Assembly (NCBI GenBank): GCA_013265495.1
Contig: MU058844.1
Span: 12,236,184 to 12,296,183 of the forward strand
Length of the DNA stretch: 60,000 bases
Source of the DNA: Vicugna vicugna
Taxonomy: Eukaryota
Direction of reading: 5' to 3'
Under the pieces are notes generated by a model that saw nothing but the letters and a program-made list of their open reading frames with translations, ran no database searches and was not told where the DNA came from. A program made the position numbers and the translations under genes. This document shows positions 59,386 to 60,000 of this stretch, piece by piece (the first letter of the stretch is position 1; the number at the start of each line of letters is the position of its first letter).

Positions 59386-60000
59386 TATTAAATATGGTTC
59401 CTCCAGGCTTAATCATAGCTATCTTCCCTTTCCACTGTCTATTCTTTCTACTGATGATTTCATACACACCCACAGCTTCAGTTATCAGCTTTATTATCAA
59501 TGACACACACATTTACATACCTCATGTCTTAGATCCAGACCCAGATATCCAGTTGGAGTCAAAAACTTCCACTTGCCTGCATCAAAATTACTCCCAAACT
59601 CAACGTACGCCCCAAAATGAACTTGTAATTAACCAGTTACTTTTCCAGGGATTCCTATCCAAGGAAATCACACCTAGGTCCATCCTATTATGGAAGCCAG
59701 AATCTAAGACTCATCCTCAATACTCCTCTCTGATTTACCACCCCCATTCGAAAACTTAATTAACTCCTACGTATTTTACCTCCTGAATGTCTCTCCACGA
59801 ATGGTTCAGGCTCTCCATGTACTGCATTACCATCCTTGTCCAAACTGCCATTCTCTTTACTGGGGCTACAGGCTAGAATAACCATCTTAACTTCTTCCAA
59901 TCCATTCTTGACATTTTCTTCAGAATGATCACATCCAAAGGCTAACGACATCCTTCTGCCTAAATTTCAATGTTTTCCCATTGTTTTATGGAATCAAAAA

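Larger units (their letters stand above)
57620..60000 (+). mobile_element. Long degenerate LINE-2 ORF2 remnant with nested insertions
   Basis: Pyrimidine-rich L2 text. ORF 59373..59759 reads VPPGLII...NDTHIY...QNELVI, decayed versions of the L2/CR1 reverse transcriptase motifs VPQGSVL, (YA)DDxQIY and KTELLI. Confidence 0.75.

Noticed and set aside
280..59693. Perfect CArG boxes at 280-289, 11651-11660, 30771-30780 and 59684-59693
   Set aside because: Four in 60 kb is about the chance expectation, and three lie inside old repeats.
1..60000. CRISPR array, operon, prophage, intact ERV or other novel multi-gene system
   Set aside because: The sequence is mammalian non-coding DNA; I saw no repeat-spacer array, no intact gag/pol/env or transposase ORF, and no gene cluster.

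Overview
Mammalian (eutherian) non-coding genomic DNA, probably camelid, judged from a tRNA-derived SINE at 25.9-26.1 kb that resembles the camelid vic-1 family and from artiodactyl-type L1 3' ends and Tigger1 deletion derivatives. I find no supportable protein-coding exon; the ORFs in the supplied track are chance ORFs or transposon fossils. The main functional landmark is a CpG island at ~20.6-21.9 kb, containing a 94-N assembly gap flanked by poly-G. It holds a minus-strand promoter (TATA-like TTTAAA, GC box, RBPJ and RUNX motifs) and a non-coding first exon (~21625 to 21246) ending at a CAG|GTAACG donor. That exon carries a (CGG)7 repeat and an 18-codon uORF. Bases 1-21245 would be a long first intron, with the coding exon(s) left of the window. 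From memory the exon resembles the 5' UTR exon of CDC42EP3; this is tentative and unverified. The rest is intronic and upstream sequence filled with old transposons (MIR, L2, L1, MaLR/ERVL solo LTRs, hAT and Tc1/mariner elements), several nested and with readable target-site duplications, plus candidate AP-1/TEAD/RUNX/ETS enhancer clusters. Repeat family names come from recalled consensus sequences, and boundaries are approximate unless TIRs or TSDs are given. I did not find evidence of a new biological system; the findings are regulatory candidates and transposon history.
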